Shown here: positions 1-14,272 of the stretch, piece by piece
Layout of the letters: every line of letters starts with the position of its first letter
How positions within the stretch are numbered: position 1 is the first letter of the stretch
Assembly: GCA_973895155.1 (NCBI GenBank)
Contig: OZ316892.1
Coordinates: 6,865,251 to 6,929,250, forward strand
Source: Marsupella aquatica
Taxonomy: Eukaryota; Plantae; Marchantiophyta
DNA length: 64,000 nucleotides
Direction: 5' to 3'
The notes under the pieces: generated by a model
Told to the model about the DNA's origin: nothing
Databases searched by the model: none
The model's input: only the letters and a program-made list of their open reading frames with translations
Program-made: the position numbers and the translations under genes

Positions 1-1329
1 ATGGTTGAGAACACACGTGTTTTTAAAAATTACAGAATCTGATGGTTTTGCGAAGTGTCAACTCATATTTGAAAACCTCATGTGAGAACCACATGCACAC
101 ATCATCACCTGAATTTTTATTGGTTTTCTCAAAGGTTGGAACTACCAAGAGAGCAAGGGCAGGCACATTTCAGGCCTTTACCCTTGATGGACACAATAAC
201 TTTTGTTTATGGATCAATCTATGTTGCTGCTATGTGTCAGATGGGCAAGGCTTAGTCGCTGGCTTTGTAGTTTCCTTGTAGACATTTGCAGAGGCACATT
301 TTGTTTTATTCATTTTTCAAAGATTGGGATGTCCAGAGCGGAAAAGTTTCCTCACTTGGCCCTCTAAGCTTTGCTTAACATGCCATCAAGTTGGGCTAAA
401 GGGGCTGTTCAAGCCTAAAGTTCTTTTTAAATAATATGCTGCCAGATGATCAATTAGGGCCGCAAATTTTAAGGGCTAGCTATATGCAAGACATTTCTTA
501 GGATGCTTTACAAGACATCTGTGGCACTTCTTATTCTAAACATACTGGAGTGCCATCCCGATGAAACATTAATCATATTTGATTTCAGGAAATAACTCTT
601 ATGGCCAGAATATAATCCTCCTGTTTTCATTTTTAGATTTCAAAACAACATATTCTCTTTTACACCAGGATGCTTAGAAATATTCTTTAAAATTTTCCTT
701 GGCAAAATTATTTCTACTTTTCACAAGTACCTAGAAAGGTCACTGGACGATCATACCCATTTTTTTTAGTTTCTATGTCAGATTCTTATTCCATTTGTTT
801 GTGGCTATAGCAAATCTCAAATAAACCCTAAACTTCCTAAGGCTATTTGCTTGATTTTTGGCAACTTGTAAAAATGAGGTTGAAGCCCAAATGAACCTTG
901 TTGATCCTCAACCATCATATCTAGCAATATATCACACTGCCAAAACACAAAAGACATGATCCCAAAGACAGGAGACCCAGTTAAGGAGAGGAACCCCCAA
1001 AAAAAACATGCAATTGGGAATGATAACCCATTTTACAGTCATGACAACAGGAAAGGTGTCATAAAGGCTGCCAAACTGAGTAAAGGACATCTTGAAGCCC
1101 ATTGTCATTGTTTGGGGACTTGGTAAGGTTTTCAAACTGTGATTAGAATCCAGCCAAAATTGGTTTGTCGGAAAGTTCATTTCCTGCCCTGCCTAATGAG
1201 CTAAAAAGGGGTTTTGGGACTTACAAATCCAGCTGGAAATATGATCATGCGCTTAAATTTAGACTTACATTTATTTTTTAATCTTATGTGTACTTTCTTA
1301 TCGCAGCAAATTTTAATGTTTGACCGATT

Positions 1330-4300
1330 TTCAACCTGGTTGCAAAAGTACATCCAACCATATCTGCAAAACCGTGAGATCCATCCGGGTATCGCTTTTA
1401 TGCAAGAGCACCCTATTTTGGTAATTATTCATTCGCTCGAGATGCAAATTTGTGGTCAATTGGTGACAGGCATGGATGAATTCTTGCCACGCCGAATTTC
1501 GAAACCCTTCAAAGTTGTCATCGAGTGGGCGATGAATTTCTTGCCTCAGAATCAATCCAGCGATGATTTTAAGTCTTATTTCATTCTCTAGACCAACTTA
1601 TTCACGCGCCTGTGCCAACTATTGAAACTGTTACTGTACAGTGCAGGAGTGCAGTAGAGCTGTTCACAAGGTAGTCCGAAATCAATTGCCGTTGGGATGA
1701 TTTATCCTGAGACTCTGGTGGCGCCATAGCTCATGATCGAATGATTGGAATGAACCTGATTGATTCCAGCAACAAAGCAAGATCCCACACTCTTGCAGCT
1801 ATGAAAATGATAGAAAGAGGGATGGGGATTTCGAGTGGCATCCTAAACCCTGCCGGGCAGTGATATTTAGCGAAGGCTGCTCATAGGGCCACGGCAAGGG
1901 GAAGGAGGAGCTTTGTAAATGATGGGTTCGCTGGGTTCCTGCGATGGCGTGGGTTTGTTTCTCAGTTGGATCATGAATTCAGGAAAGTCTTCCAAGTCTG
2001 ACAGGGAGTCGTTTCGGTCGAGGAGGAGCGATTCGGTAGGAGTTTGGAAGGCTATTGTAGCGACTTCCAAATATGGGATGGGGTTATTTGCAAGCGGTGC
2101 TCCCTTTCAGATTCAGGAATTTCTCTCGGCCGATTTTGATTTTCACACTGTAAGTAGACGTTGCCAGGATTTTTCTTCAGAGGAGCACTGGACAAGATGG
2201 CCATACATGCCAATTCAAGCCAATGATGGAGGAATCGGTTCTCCTTTTAATTGGAATTTTGGAACCAGGAAGTCAGGGCCCTGGAGATTATTTCCTCCTG
2301 GGCTGGGAGGTCCACCAGACAGCAGCAGCAGGGGCAAGTTAACTGTAACAGGGGTTGGAGGTGGATCAGAGGGGAGACCGCCCAATTCTACCGATTCTGG
2401 CTATCCCAGAGGAACTCTGACCTATATAATCTTGGGTTTGAACGTTTTGTAAGTTACCTTTTGTTCTAATGTTTAACTTCTGAATATGAATCCAAGTTCA
2501 CGGCAAGTTTACAAGTCAAACACGCTATCAATATATTTTGAAGAAATGACTGACCACTTATGATGACTTGCAGAGTTTTTTTGGGACAGGTTGCATCTAA
2601 AGGGAAGTTACTTCTCTACGGAGCAAAGGTACGCTACTTTCAATAGATTCAGTATAGATATATGGGATGCTCGATTCTAACTTGTGATACACCTAGTAGG
2701 TTGAAACATTGGCACACTTAAGAGTTTTGTACCTCTTTTCTAAAACCCTACTTGAATAAGCTTTGACAGTCTGGGAGAGGATGACTTAGAATTGATCAGT
2801 AGGTACATCTGTTTTTTCGTCCGAGAGTTTCCACTGCTACGGACAGAGTTGTTGAATTCAGTTGAATCTGTACCAACTAGAAGACAACTTGTTGTTCATA
2901 CCGTGTTTCGCTCTCGGTCATTTAGCAAAAAATGAATGGAAGGAGGACTGGTTGAAAAGAGGACTTGTGCAGCGGAAAACTGGCATGCCAGGCTTGTAGT
3001 ACTGGTTTCTTTGCCAATGAAATTTGATGCTGACGCGAGAGTGAACAGAGATGGTAGCAGTAGGGAAGTCTCTGTCTTCACAGCACCAATGTCTTCTGTT
3101 GTTGGTTGTTCGTAGATCAATGCGCTCATTGACCAGGGCCAGTTGTGGAGACTGTTTACTCCAACTGTTCTGCATGCAAATATCTTCCATCTTCTTGTAA
3201 GCCCCTAGTTTTAAAATTTTTTATTGTGTAGCCTGTGTGCACATGCTTTGATGTTCAATGGTCTTGTTTTTGGACTGTTTATTTAAAATTTTCATCTGCA
3301 GATAAATTCATATTCTCTCAATTCAATTGGCCCAACAGTGGAGTCCCTGGCAGGACCAAGGAGATTCTTAGCAGTGTATTCGGCCTCTGCTATAACAAGT
3401 ATGACTTCGTCTTACGCATTGTGGTTATTGTGTTCTTCTAGTTGTGGTGCATGTTAACCCTATGTTAGCGATCCTTGGTGGCCCTAAATGCTCGCAATAT
3501 TTCTACAGGTACTACCCTAAGTTACTTCTGCTGTTCAGCGCCTTCAGTTGGTGCTTCTGGAGCAATTTTCGGTGTTGTAAGTCATCCTTGTTGTGCACCT
3601 TTGCTTATGCTGCTCCTCTCGTTGAGCAGCCTTCTGCGGAACAGTCGTGGACCACAATAGGAAATGATGCTTGATTGTCACTATCATTCCCCAGAGGTTT
3701 CTTGGGAAACAGCAACTTCCCATGAAAGCCTCTCCCTGAAATTCTGCTTTTGGCCATTATCATGGTATGGTGGTATTCTAAAGAACTAGTTGTTTAACAG
3801 CTTAAAGTGCCAATGTCCCTTCCTATATGACGTTTGTCGATGAGAATTGGGAAGAACTCAAGTAGAGGCTTGAAAATTTTTGCAGTCATCTAAACTACGG
3901 GCATATAACATAGCGAAGCTTGTGAATGATCGTATGACCTTTGTTTTGATCATCTTCGCTCTCGCTCCGTTTGCAGGTCGGAGCCTTGGCAGTCTTTTTG
4001 ATAAGGCATAAGAATATGATGGTTAATGGTCAACAAAGTCTGCAACAAGTAGCCCGTGTGATTGCTATCAACATGGTATCTGCAGTCTGCTCCTTCTCTG
4101 ACTTCTGATGATTTCTAGCAGTTTTGAATCTCTAAAATGTTGATCAGTGAGAAGCAGCAGTTTCATTTTTCGAGGATGGGTCTGCTCATCGTGGGCTTGT
4201 TTACCGCTTCAGGTTTTAGGCCTCGTCAGTGATGGAATCGACAACTGGAGTCATGTAAGAACCTTCATCAGACTGCTTACATACACCATCTGACATTTTC

Positions 4301-5350
4301 AATCTTATGAGACTTTGCTGCGAATCTCTGACGGATGTATCTTGATTCGCAGTTTGGAGGACTTCTCGGAGGGGCTGCTGTCACTTGGTTGTTGGGCCCT
4401 GTCTATAGATTTGAAGTCCCACCTGGTGGGGGACCGAAGCAGCTTGTTGACCGGCCTCCGATATCCTACCTATTTCCCTCCCGATTTCAAAGAGAGTGAC
4501 GATAAGATTTCTTAATCCTGTTGGCATGCGTATAATTAGTAAGCGGAGATAAGTGGATTAAGAAATCTAACTACAACCTGTTGTCCTGAAATAGCTGCAG
4601 GGTCACGGTTGCACCATCATTTGGTGAGAGTTTTTGTATGATGTCGTAGTGTACGGTGTACCTTTCATTCTTCAAAAGAGATGAAAGCTTCAGCAAACCT
4701 CTCTCTTCTCTCTTCTACATAGCCTATGCGTGAGGTGTCTATTCTCTCTACAGTCTCCAACTCTGCAAACCTGACCTACATAAGCAGATCCTTTCTGTAG
4801 TGATTCCCCAGTCTTAGCTCCAAGCACTAGCAATGGGTTAGCCACAATCACCGTTTTTGCATATTGTCCCGCAGTTCATTGTTGTCTGCTTCGCCAAGTT
4901 TGTATCTATTAACAATCTACGTCAATGTTCTTGGCCCATGCATTACAGGCTTTACTCATCTTGCGGTCAAGCATAGATGGAGGCACCAATTATCTACACA
5001 AAATGATTTTATGTGTATCAATTAGCCCAGGAATTAGGACTTCGGGTTTAACAAGCGAAGAATTTTTGGCGTGAAGAGTGTGCGTTGTTTCATTCAGCTT
5101 GTTCCAGATCCTCAGATTGTTGAGAAATACATCCCATAGAAAAGTAGTTAGATGAAACATTGAGTAATAATTGGACATACAATGTTCTGACGCCCCGTTT
5201 CAAGGTAAGTCAAATCTTTCAAAGAAAATTGTGCGCCAGGTACAAAGCTTCTCGTGCAGGAAGTTGGCCAACCATCTGTATTGATGCAGGTCTGATTTTA
5301 ATGCAAGGTGTGCACGATCAAAGTCTAAAGTAGCTAATCCGAGCAAATTG
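1330..5350 (-). mobile_element. Highly degenerate retroelement remnants, probably L1/Tx1-type LINE ORF2 C-terminal pieces; may be several fragments
   Basis: Minus-strand 5340-5221 reads GLATLDF...AL...RWLANFL...WRTIF, resembling the post-RT GLGxxD..AL..KW block of L1 ORF2. 3190-2900 has frameshifted zf-RVT-like pieces. ~2200 has a GMYGHL..C knuckle-like remnant. Many stops; boundaries uncertain. Confidence 0.3.
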
Positions 5351-6566
5351 TCCGCTTGGAAATTTCAAACCCCAGTATCTCCCGGAGCATAAACTATTCG
5401 GTATAGGACAAATCTCTACGACAAAAATGAAACATGAAGGACAAGCTCCCTACTGAATTGTACGAACTATAATGTCTCTTACTTTAATTTTGCTCTCCTA
5501 ATAGATATAAACGGCAACTTCTCAAATAAAGAACTCCGGGAAACCTTAAGTACAATTGTATATACAAAGCAGTGTATCATACATTTGCGAGTTTTGTGAA
5601 TATTGTTGTCATTTTATCACAGGAGGCAATGTACGCCCAAAATGTAGAACTCACCATTGCACAAAAAACTGACTCTAAATAGAGTACATTTTTAAATAAA
5701 TTACCCAAAAACTTTAAGGGTACAAGAGTTCTATGATGGGAAGTGAATGGCAGAGCCTACAAGGTAAGTCTAGTTTTCACCTAGGCAAATGAACAGTGGC
5801 CTGTTAGCAGCAGGAGCCCTTTGTAGTGGCAGCTGTGGTTTGAAGTGGTAATTTCAATAAAGTCCTTGTCTAGTCTCCACTATGCGTGGACAGGGCTAGT
5901 TACCAGCTAAAGCAACTCTTTGTTGTCAATGGCATCTGGTCTTTGGTCCCAATCTTCTGGGTACTGGCCCTCCTGGTTTATGGGCTACCCAGCATCGTTT
6001 CTTCCTCCCTTTTTGAAATATCATTCAGGCCAAAGAAAGATAGAAAAGAGAAAAGGGCACAGAACTATCTTCAACATTATGGGCTTGAAAAGCCCTCTCC
6101 TGCATGGCTCCATTCACTCCTTCAAGTCACCAGCTTTTCAAAGTCTTTTGCCACCTACAACCTTTTCTCTGAGGAGAACCCCTTTCGAGTGATGATTGCA
6201 TTGGTGCATAGAAGCTGGTCGTTGGTGCTCTTTCATGTGCAAATTGAGCCCTTCAGTATGCAAATTCCCAGTTTCTTTCATTCTGCCTCTTGCTCTCAGC
6301 TTTGAGGATAGTAATTTCCAGTCTACAAAATTTGCAAGCTGTGTGGACACTCAAGTTTGAAATATTCTTGAGACAGCCTCAGTGTTTCTAGTTTGATAAT
6401 ACCTTTTGTGAAAATGTTGGTGATGTTGAACCAGATGCAGGCTATCTTAATCATCTAATGTACAACTTTATTGTAACACCATGGTAATTCCTGAATGATT
6501 TAAACTTAAAGATCTTCAAATGACATTATGAGCACCTTCAGTGGGATTGGGTTTCACTTGGTCCAT

Positions 6567-6668
6567 ATTCATCCTAGCTGATTAGCTTGTTATCAAAGTT
6601 TGAATCAAAGTTAATGGAGACCTAATGAGCTAGGATGAATGGGTTTTTCCATTAACTTTGATTCAAAC
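6567..6668. repeat. Two interleaved inverted repeats (A-B-A'-B')
   Basis: A 6567-6585 pairs with A' 6622-6640 (18/19). B 6598-6618 GTTTGAATCAAAGTTAATGGA pairs perfectly with B' 6648-6668. Confidence 0.85.
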
Positions 6669-8427
6669 CTTATGTAGATTGGTCAGTCAAGCACATTTTT
6701 AAAAAACATATGAGGGAGTCTCACAACGGATTCAAGTTACAACCTTGGATTGGATTTGTTCCAGCACAACTTTTTCTGGAATGTAAAATTCTCCTGAACT
6801 TTCGCAAAAGTGGAAGAAGAATAGAAGCCAATAAGTTTCTAATACTTTCCAAGGACTCTAGTAGAGGTTGCAATTACCAAAGTAAACCATTATTTAGTTC
6901 ATCACTAACAGTCCCAAGGTGCAATCAAGTGCGCATTGGATTATCTCATAAGTGCAATCCTATTAAACATTGCACTTATCAATATATCCATAGAATGAAA
7001 GGCTTTAGAAACATTGCAATTAATATCCAATTTGATGTCCACAGTGCGAGTTCTCGAAAATCCCCTCATAAGATAAGGGTTCTCAACACTTATTGAGGGA
7101 GTTCCACTGATGAATCTTCAAGTGAGTCCAGATTGCACTTGTAAACAGTGCAATAAAACTACAATTTTCACGGGAAACTTCGGGGAAGAAGCTCCTCCGC
7201 TGCACTCAATGAGTGGATGCACTTGTATGGAGTGCATTTATGCAGAGGTCACTCACTGTATCATACAATCTTGATCTGGTGATTTGTGACCAAAGGAAGT
7301 GTGGATAATGAGCATAAAGTACAACTGAGCCCTTCTGCCTAAGTAATGGAATTTGGCACTATTCACATGTGCTGAGTGTAATAGGATATGATCGTAACGA
7401 TAGAGAAGGCCTTACCCCACCTCCACGTTTCGTAGACCGTTTGTTTTACCCAAAACTTAGACTAACTGAGGAATTTTCCACATCAGATTTCAAAAGGATG
7501 AAGGCTAACCCACACAACACCGCACAAGTCAGAGTCGAGTGACGAGCCCATTTTGTCAATTGCTGTAGCTTTACGAATCTATGCAGAGAAGCAAAATGCA
7601 TTGAAATGAGGTGCGAAATCACCACCAGGCCCAGTTGTGAACTCCCTCGCATGTGCCCCGAAGCTGGTGATCTAGTCATTACCTACAGTCATCTTAACCA
7701 TGAGATCAGGAATGTCAATAAATCGTTTGTTGACTTGTGTTGGAATTCCAAGGACTAACGACAAGGCGGAAACACGACAGGAGCCCCCGTTAGCCCTCCT
7801 TTTCGAGTAGGGTCCATTGCCTTTACACAGGGTGAGCTTAAAGCAAGGAGAATGATACGTTTCGCCCATGCACTGGTTGGACTTTAGAAGTTTCCGCCAA
7901 TCCAAGAGTCTGAGCAACATTGTCTGCGACTACTTTATGAAATTTACGTCTGTAATCAGCTACTGTAGATAATCACAGTGTGAGACTGACAAGTTACTAT
8001 AGCAGCTAGTTAGGAAAACACATTTCTCCAATGAATTCTATCATTTAGGATATACGCGACTAAAAATAAGTTGTACCCGCTAACTACTTCTGCATATTTG
8101 TTTCTAGTAGGAAAAAGGTCTGTCTTCAATTAGTAAGGAAATATGAAAAATGAGGAGGAAGACTCGGGAACTTGTTGCCCAGTTGACAATTTCTTCATTT
8201 GACGAGCCTTCTCCACAACTTTGAGTCCTCTCCTTCACTCTGGAACCAGAGAGGGAATAAAAATGAGAACCTTCCAAAACTCTCAATCCACTTGCAAGTC
8301 AAATTGCTACAAACCCTTCCATCACGATGTAAACTGGAAGCAAGTCAAAGTCATCGTAATTTGACCAGATTTACAAATTTTTCGATACTTACGATTTGAA
8401 TTCAGCAGAGTAATTGGCATTTGTCAA

Positions 8428-8735
8428 CATCCGTTATTTTTACAACAGAAGTATAGGATGGAATCTCCTGTCACTACTCCAACACTATCGGGCGTCACAG
8501 ACATTGCCCAGCACAATCAAAAAGACACAACAATCAATGGACATTCTCAGTATATTTGAAATTTTGCTAGATATACAATTTTCTCGAATGTTACGATCTT
8601 AGCAGTGTAATTCAAGTTGGATAGTATCCGTTTGTTTTCCAGCAACGGAAGTACGGGATGGAATCTCCTGTCACTACTTTTCCACTATTCTGGATATCAC
8701 AGAGATTGCCCAACAGAATCAACGAGACGCGACAC
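8428..8735. repeat. Diverged direct duplication (~105 bp copies, ~200 bp period) downstream of the CCT gene
   Basis: GGATGGAATCTCCTGTCACTACT and flanking ATCCGTT...CACAGA.ATTGCCCA..A.AATCAA occur at ~8430-8530 and ~8626-8730. Confidence 0.8.
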
Positions 8736-9761
8736 GACGGGCTTTGCAATTCCGTGAGCTCTTGGCCTTACAGAATGACAACTAACGCTCAAAATGGCGT
8801 CTCCATCCGCAAAGGGAGACATCTCATCTAATATATGAACCTCTTCTGTTTCGACGCTTTAGTAATGAAATATATGCATGCAATTGCCGCTGGATATTCG
8901 ATCACACTTGGATAGCCAAAAATAAATGGAATGGGCTTCAGGGAGACAACTGGCTCTCCTTCAGAATACAGAAACACATACCCACAACATCCGAAACCTA
9001 CAAGAAGAGACGAGATATTACGTATGCAGTGACGTGAGGAGAAACCAGTGAGACCTAGAATCTTACCTTATTCTACCCCTTCGCCTCGAGCTTGTGAAAG
9101 AGGCTGATACTCTTCATGTTGTTCATCATATGTAAAATGGCATTCTACAAACTTTGTAAATATCAAAAGGAACCATGGGAAACAGCGATTCTTGAGCTGT
9201 GAAACGAATCTCACCAACTGACAAGAAGTGCAAGCTCAACTCTGTGAGTTTATAAAGAAAACTCCTACCAGGAGGCCCTCAGCTTTACAATGGGCAATTA
9301 TTACCACTTCCTGATTTTACAGCCATACAGACAGACTGAGTAACACACAGGAGCAAATTTTTCCTCATCGGTGATCCTAAAGCTGCTTCCTAATTTCATG
9401 TATGAACCTTCTTTCTCAAGACATGATCGCATGTCCACCTCATTGACACTTTTTAAAACAGAGCCAATGCCATGAACTCAGCAGATCCCTCTCGTGTGCT
9501 ATATACCGAAAACATTAGACTTAACACTCAATGGTACAAATGTTCCCGGTATGATTCTAGCGTATGCGATTGTCACATAGTTGTGAGAACGCACCTACAT
9601 AAGCCTATGTTCCCTGCAACTTTCCAAAAAGTTGAACGCTGCTGGGAAGCAGTGCTCACATTCAAATCATTGCCCAAAAGCTGGTGCAATCGTACTGGTC
9701 GCTGACCTTGAGAAGACTGCCCAATGCCCTGGTGATTCTTGCCTTTCGGATTCCAAGAACA

Positions 9762-12700
9762 TTATGTCTGCAAAAGCTGTTTACGATCCACAGCATGGTG
9801 ATGCTCCAGCTTCACTCCCTTCGCGGGATGATTCTCGAGTTTCACTCCGCCCATTCCTAGAACGTCTGATAGGTCGCCCGACGAATCCTCATCGACAAAA
9901 AACTCTTCCTCTTCATACCCCATCAAATTATCCTGAAAATCACATACCATCTGTGCCTTAAGTATACCCACGGACAACATAATATAATATGGTACCCAAA
10001 GTCACCTGTGTCCATAGATTTCATTCTAGCTTATCACTGAGCAGTATGTAATTATCTGTGAGCTCAGATGGGCACGTCGCAGCTTAAACATTTACTTGAA
10101 TTTCGTAATGTGTAAGCACAGATATCGTTGATAACATCCTTGCGAGAGTTCCTCACCTCCTCTTCATCTTCGTGCTTGACTTGTGGTTCTCCCACGTCAT
10201 CATTTTTGGCGAATCGCCCCCTTACCCGAGGCCGGCTGTCTGCAAGAGTCTTCCGACAGGCATACTGCACGACATACAACATAGCTTAGTGGTGACATTG
10301 CTGTCACGCAGTAGACGTTCTCATCGTCTGTACCACGGGCAGAGCACAACAAATCTGTCTGTGCAGACTAGTCGATGTTAAAAAGCATTGCCGTCTAAAG
10401 TAACTCGAGCAGAACGGCATACCTTAATCTTCTTATTGAAGTTCCTCTGAGTACGCTTCTGTTGATACCTATGTATCCTTATCTTCCGCTCCTCCATGGT
10501 GTACCGGCCAATCTTAAACCCACCATCTTCATAATTGGGACGGTCCAGCGATGACGGACTGGTTCCACCACCGGCCATTCCATTCAGTGTCTGAAGAAGG
10601 ACAATAATGGACTGCGCATTAACTACTGGGTACAACTTGAGGGGACATTTGAAAGCATTTTCAGGTGTAAGGGTGACTGGAACGTGCAAGGGATAGAACG
10701 GCCTCCTAGCACATCCATCGAGTCACCTTCGAAGTCAGAGGAGTCAGGAGAGTGTTCTAACTTGCAGTTAACCAACATAAAATGTAGTCGACTAGAAATG
10801 CCACAAAAATGTACTGCAAGCGCGGGCATTTTGCGATTTCGAAGTAATGATTCGAAACAGCCGCATCCCGTCAGCGGTAAAACGGCCTCAGAGCGCTTCT
10901 AAAGGGGGATATTAGCGACACGGGTGGAAGCAAGAATATGCTACAAAGAAAGATGCCATAATGCATTTGATGAGTCAAGCGAGATACTCCTCAAAGGAAT
11001 CGTCGTGAGAAAGGGTTGGGCGGAGAGAGTCAATCTGTGACAATCTGGAGGAGGAAGGAGCGCAATGGGTGAAAGGCACACCTGAATGTCGCCAGTGCTG
11101 TGTACACGTCGCATGGATTGCATGAGAGGACGAATATGGACGCTCTGGAGGTCGGAGAGCTGAGGCTGCATGTTGGGGCTCCCGCTCTCGTTGCTCAAGC
11201 GGCTCGGAGCATCGGAAAGGCTACCAATTCGGCTAAAGCTGCCCCCCTGCTCGCTGCCTTGCGACATATTGGGTGCTATGTTCCTAAGTTGCCCAAGGGC
11301 ATGACTGCTGAAACTCCTCTGCATCGCTGACGATCGAGACTGCATTGACAATTTCGCGTCAACAAATCCGGAGGTGTCAACAGCGGAACCCAATCTTTGA
11401 GCTAACCCGGGCGAGGACAAGAAGAGCGGCTTGTTCTGCTGAATCTTCAAACCACCGCCATCCACTGGCACCAGCATCCCATCCAAGACCGAATCGGTTG
11501 CCTCAGCCGAGCTGTTGGACAAGCTCCGTGGCGACGCTCCGTCCAAAGAGTTCACAGAATGAGTCGGAGGAGACGAATGCAAGACATCAGAAACAGACGC
11601 AATTCCGCTGCCAGCCAGTAGGTCCTGTCCTCCACTGGCAGAGTAAGGCCCTGAGGGTATTCCGTTGGAATTCTGCTGAGATGAGACAGAGGGTGACAAT
11701 GGTGACGATGGGAACCTCTTGTCTGCCACAGCACCACCTTGGTTATGCACGACCACCCCAACCGTAGAGTAAGGGCCCCTTTTGGAAAATGACTGAGCCA
11801 CACTCCCTTTGACATCGAAGTTCGGAGTCTGTCTGTAAGGAGAGTATCCTCCTCCTATTTGGTGGTGCTCCAAGGACAGGGAATTGAGCTTCTCAGAGGT
11901 AGCTCCGGGAGAGAGCAGGCCACTCGATTTCAGGGCAGGTGAGGTAGGAGACGCTAAGCCCGAGATTCCGTTGTTCCTGCTGTGCTGCATGTACATCTCC
12001 GACACTGCTAAACTACCACCCCCACCGAAGCCCCCCGCGTTGCTCATGTGGGCCAGGTTGATTGATGGCTTCTGGAAGCTCCCATACGGGGGCAGAATTT
12101 GCCCATTCGCAAACGGCTTCGTGTGTGCGGAAGAGGACAGCGACAAGCCGCCCTTAAGGTCAGCTGCATCCACTCCGAAGGCTGTTCCGACATCGAGTTC
12201 ACTCGACGTCGGGAGCCTGGGAAAGACATCTTGCCCTTCTAATTCCGCTATCAAGTCATCTCCCCCCATACTCTCATATGAGGCCCCCTGTGTCCATTCA
12301 TCCATCCATCCATTTCACGCGAAACCCAACATCAAATTAGTTCAGTAGACCTTGCAGACAACCAAAAGAAAGGACATTACAGTACAACTATCCATCCATT
12401 GACACCAACACAGGTTAAAATTGGTATCGCAGACCTTCCAAACGGCAAGAAGCGATAACATTACAGCTCAAACCAACAGGTAAACCGCCAGAAAGAAAGA
12501 AAAATTGGACCCAAAATTGCAACAGGTGGAGATGTCACTGTGGAGCAAACACTACCGTGACCCAATATACAGGTCAAAAGCCGCAAATTGGGCAGGAACC
12601 AAGCCTCTCGGGTGTGGGGTCTTAAACTGTTCTGCCGGGCACTCACATTGAGATCATTGGAGTGGCTGAGGTCATCCGAAAAGAAACCCTTGGTGAAGTC

Positions 12701-12787
12701 AAGCTCGTCACCATTATCAGTGAGGTCTGGGAATAGCAGAGCACCCGTAGCAGATTGATAAAGTAGGTCGTCGCCTTCCCCAGACAT
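9762..12787 (-). CDS. CCT-motif family (CMF, ASML2/CMF3-like, no B-box) transcriptional regulator; exons 12787-12647, 12287-11082, 10590-10423, 10264-10157, 9950-9762; about 603 aa
   Basis: The CCT domain is split over exons 3/4: YTMEERKIRIHRYQQKRTQRNFNKKIK|YACRKTLADSRPRVRGRFAKN. CMF-type motifs MQRSFSSH and MRRVHSTGDIQ are in exon 2. All four introns are GT-AG, phase 0, and join in frame. Exon 1 and the exon 2 acceptor are less certain than the 3' exons. Confidence 0.9.
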
Positions 12788-14160
12788 TCAGAGAGATGCA
12801 AGACACTGGTTGTCTCTCACTCTCTCGGCTCTCTATAGCGGTCGGGTGTCCCCCCCCCCCCCCCCCCACCCCACCCCACCCAGCCACCCACTCCAACCTG
12901 TCTCTTCTCAAACCCCGTAAAATCCCATCACTGCCACCCTGCACCTCGTCCTTACCACCTCAAGGTTCTGTTTCCTTCCTCCCCAAATCCTCCTCCAACC
13001 GCCTTTTCTCCACCACAACTCCTCCTCCTGTTCTCTCCCTTCGTCCTCCTCCCCTCCAACTCAAGCACGCAGGCATGGGTCTCTCTGTGCTCCCTCTTCT
13101 GGAAACCTTCCGGATTTCATGTACACCTCCCGAATTCCCTTGCAGCAACCAAATCACCGTCTCTGCACGTCTCGGTCTTGACTCTCACTCTGCTCGAGCA
13201 CCCACTTCCCCTTTCTATTCTCCTCACTCAGTACTTGTTTCTCTGCTCTGCTAAAGATTACACACCTTCCTCCACTTCTACCTCGCTCACTCTGTTCCTT
13301 CCTTCTCTTCTAGCTCACCAAGCCACACTACTACACTACACTACTCCCTTGCATCCGCCTCTCCTACGGTACCCTCTCCCTGTACTCTACGACTTCCTCC
13401 CACCGCACCGCAGCCCTCTCCTCACCTCACCTCACCTCCCCTCTCCCCTCACCGCATCACCCAGCCGGAGCCAGAATCAGTCAGTTACCCTCGCTCGAGC
13501 TGAACCAAAACCGATGCCTGACGGCCCACCGAAATGCGAGCAGCGAGATGTAGAACAACGAACGACGTCGCGATGGCGGAAGTGAGAGCCCAAATCAAAA
13601 AAGCGAAGCGGTGGTAGCGAATTTGCTCTTGATGCAGCGAGCCAGGATGATCGAGCGAGCGAACCGGCAAGCACAGCACACAGCCACAGAAAAGTGGGGG
13701 CGAGTGGAGTTGTTGTTGTACTACTACAGTGGTAGCAGCTTTGATGGACAGAGCAGAGAGGAGCGGAAAGGAGAGCAGAGCAGAGCAGAGCAGGTCGGAG
13801 GAAGAAGAGGGCGCAGACTGGAAGTCTGATGAGAGGGAAGGGGAGGGAAGGGGAGGGAAGGAAAGGAAAGGAAAGGAAAGGAAAGGGACGAACTGAGAAA
13901 GGAAGGAAGGAAGGAAGGAAAGAGCGAAAGAACCAACGAAAAGACAACAGAAGAACCAAAGACGCCTACGGAGCCAGGAGACGACCAAAGAAGCGGGCAA
14001 CGGAGCAAGACTGCCTGTTCTACAGCGACCGCGGGCTGCCCCGCCGGGTAGACCGGGCAGGGCCGGTCAGGGCTGGCTCGGGCAGGGCCGGTCAGGGCTG
14101 GCTCGGGCAGGGCAGGGCATGACGAGGGACTGACTGATGAGAGCGGAGAGAGTGTGCACA
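12788..14160 (-). other. Long 5' UTR / leader region of the CCT gene with purine- and pyrimidine-rich simple repeats
   Basis: Poly-C run near 12850 and (GGAAA)n/(GGAA)n/(GCAGA)n repeats at ~13770-13925; low complexity typical of plant leaders. TSS and any UTR intron are not resolved. Confidence 0.5.
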
Positions 14161-14272
14161 CCACGGGACAACAATAATTAATATTCACAAGGGGAACGAC
14201 ATTTATTTTCGATCGGGCACTTCCTCCCGGGCTGGGCCGGGCCAGGCGTAGCCCACTGGGCTGGGGACCTAC

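Noticed and set aside
10941-12305. 454-aa ORF as a stand-alone single-exon gene
   Set aside because: It is exon 2 of the CCT gene plus read-in to the flanking introns; the donor after ...TGDIQ joins in frame to the CCT exons.
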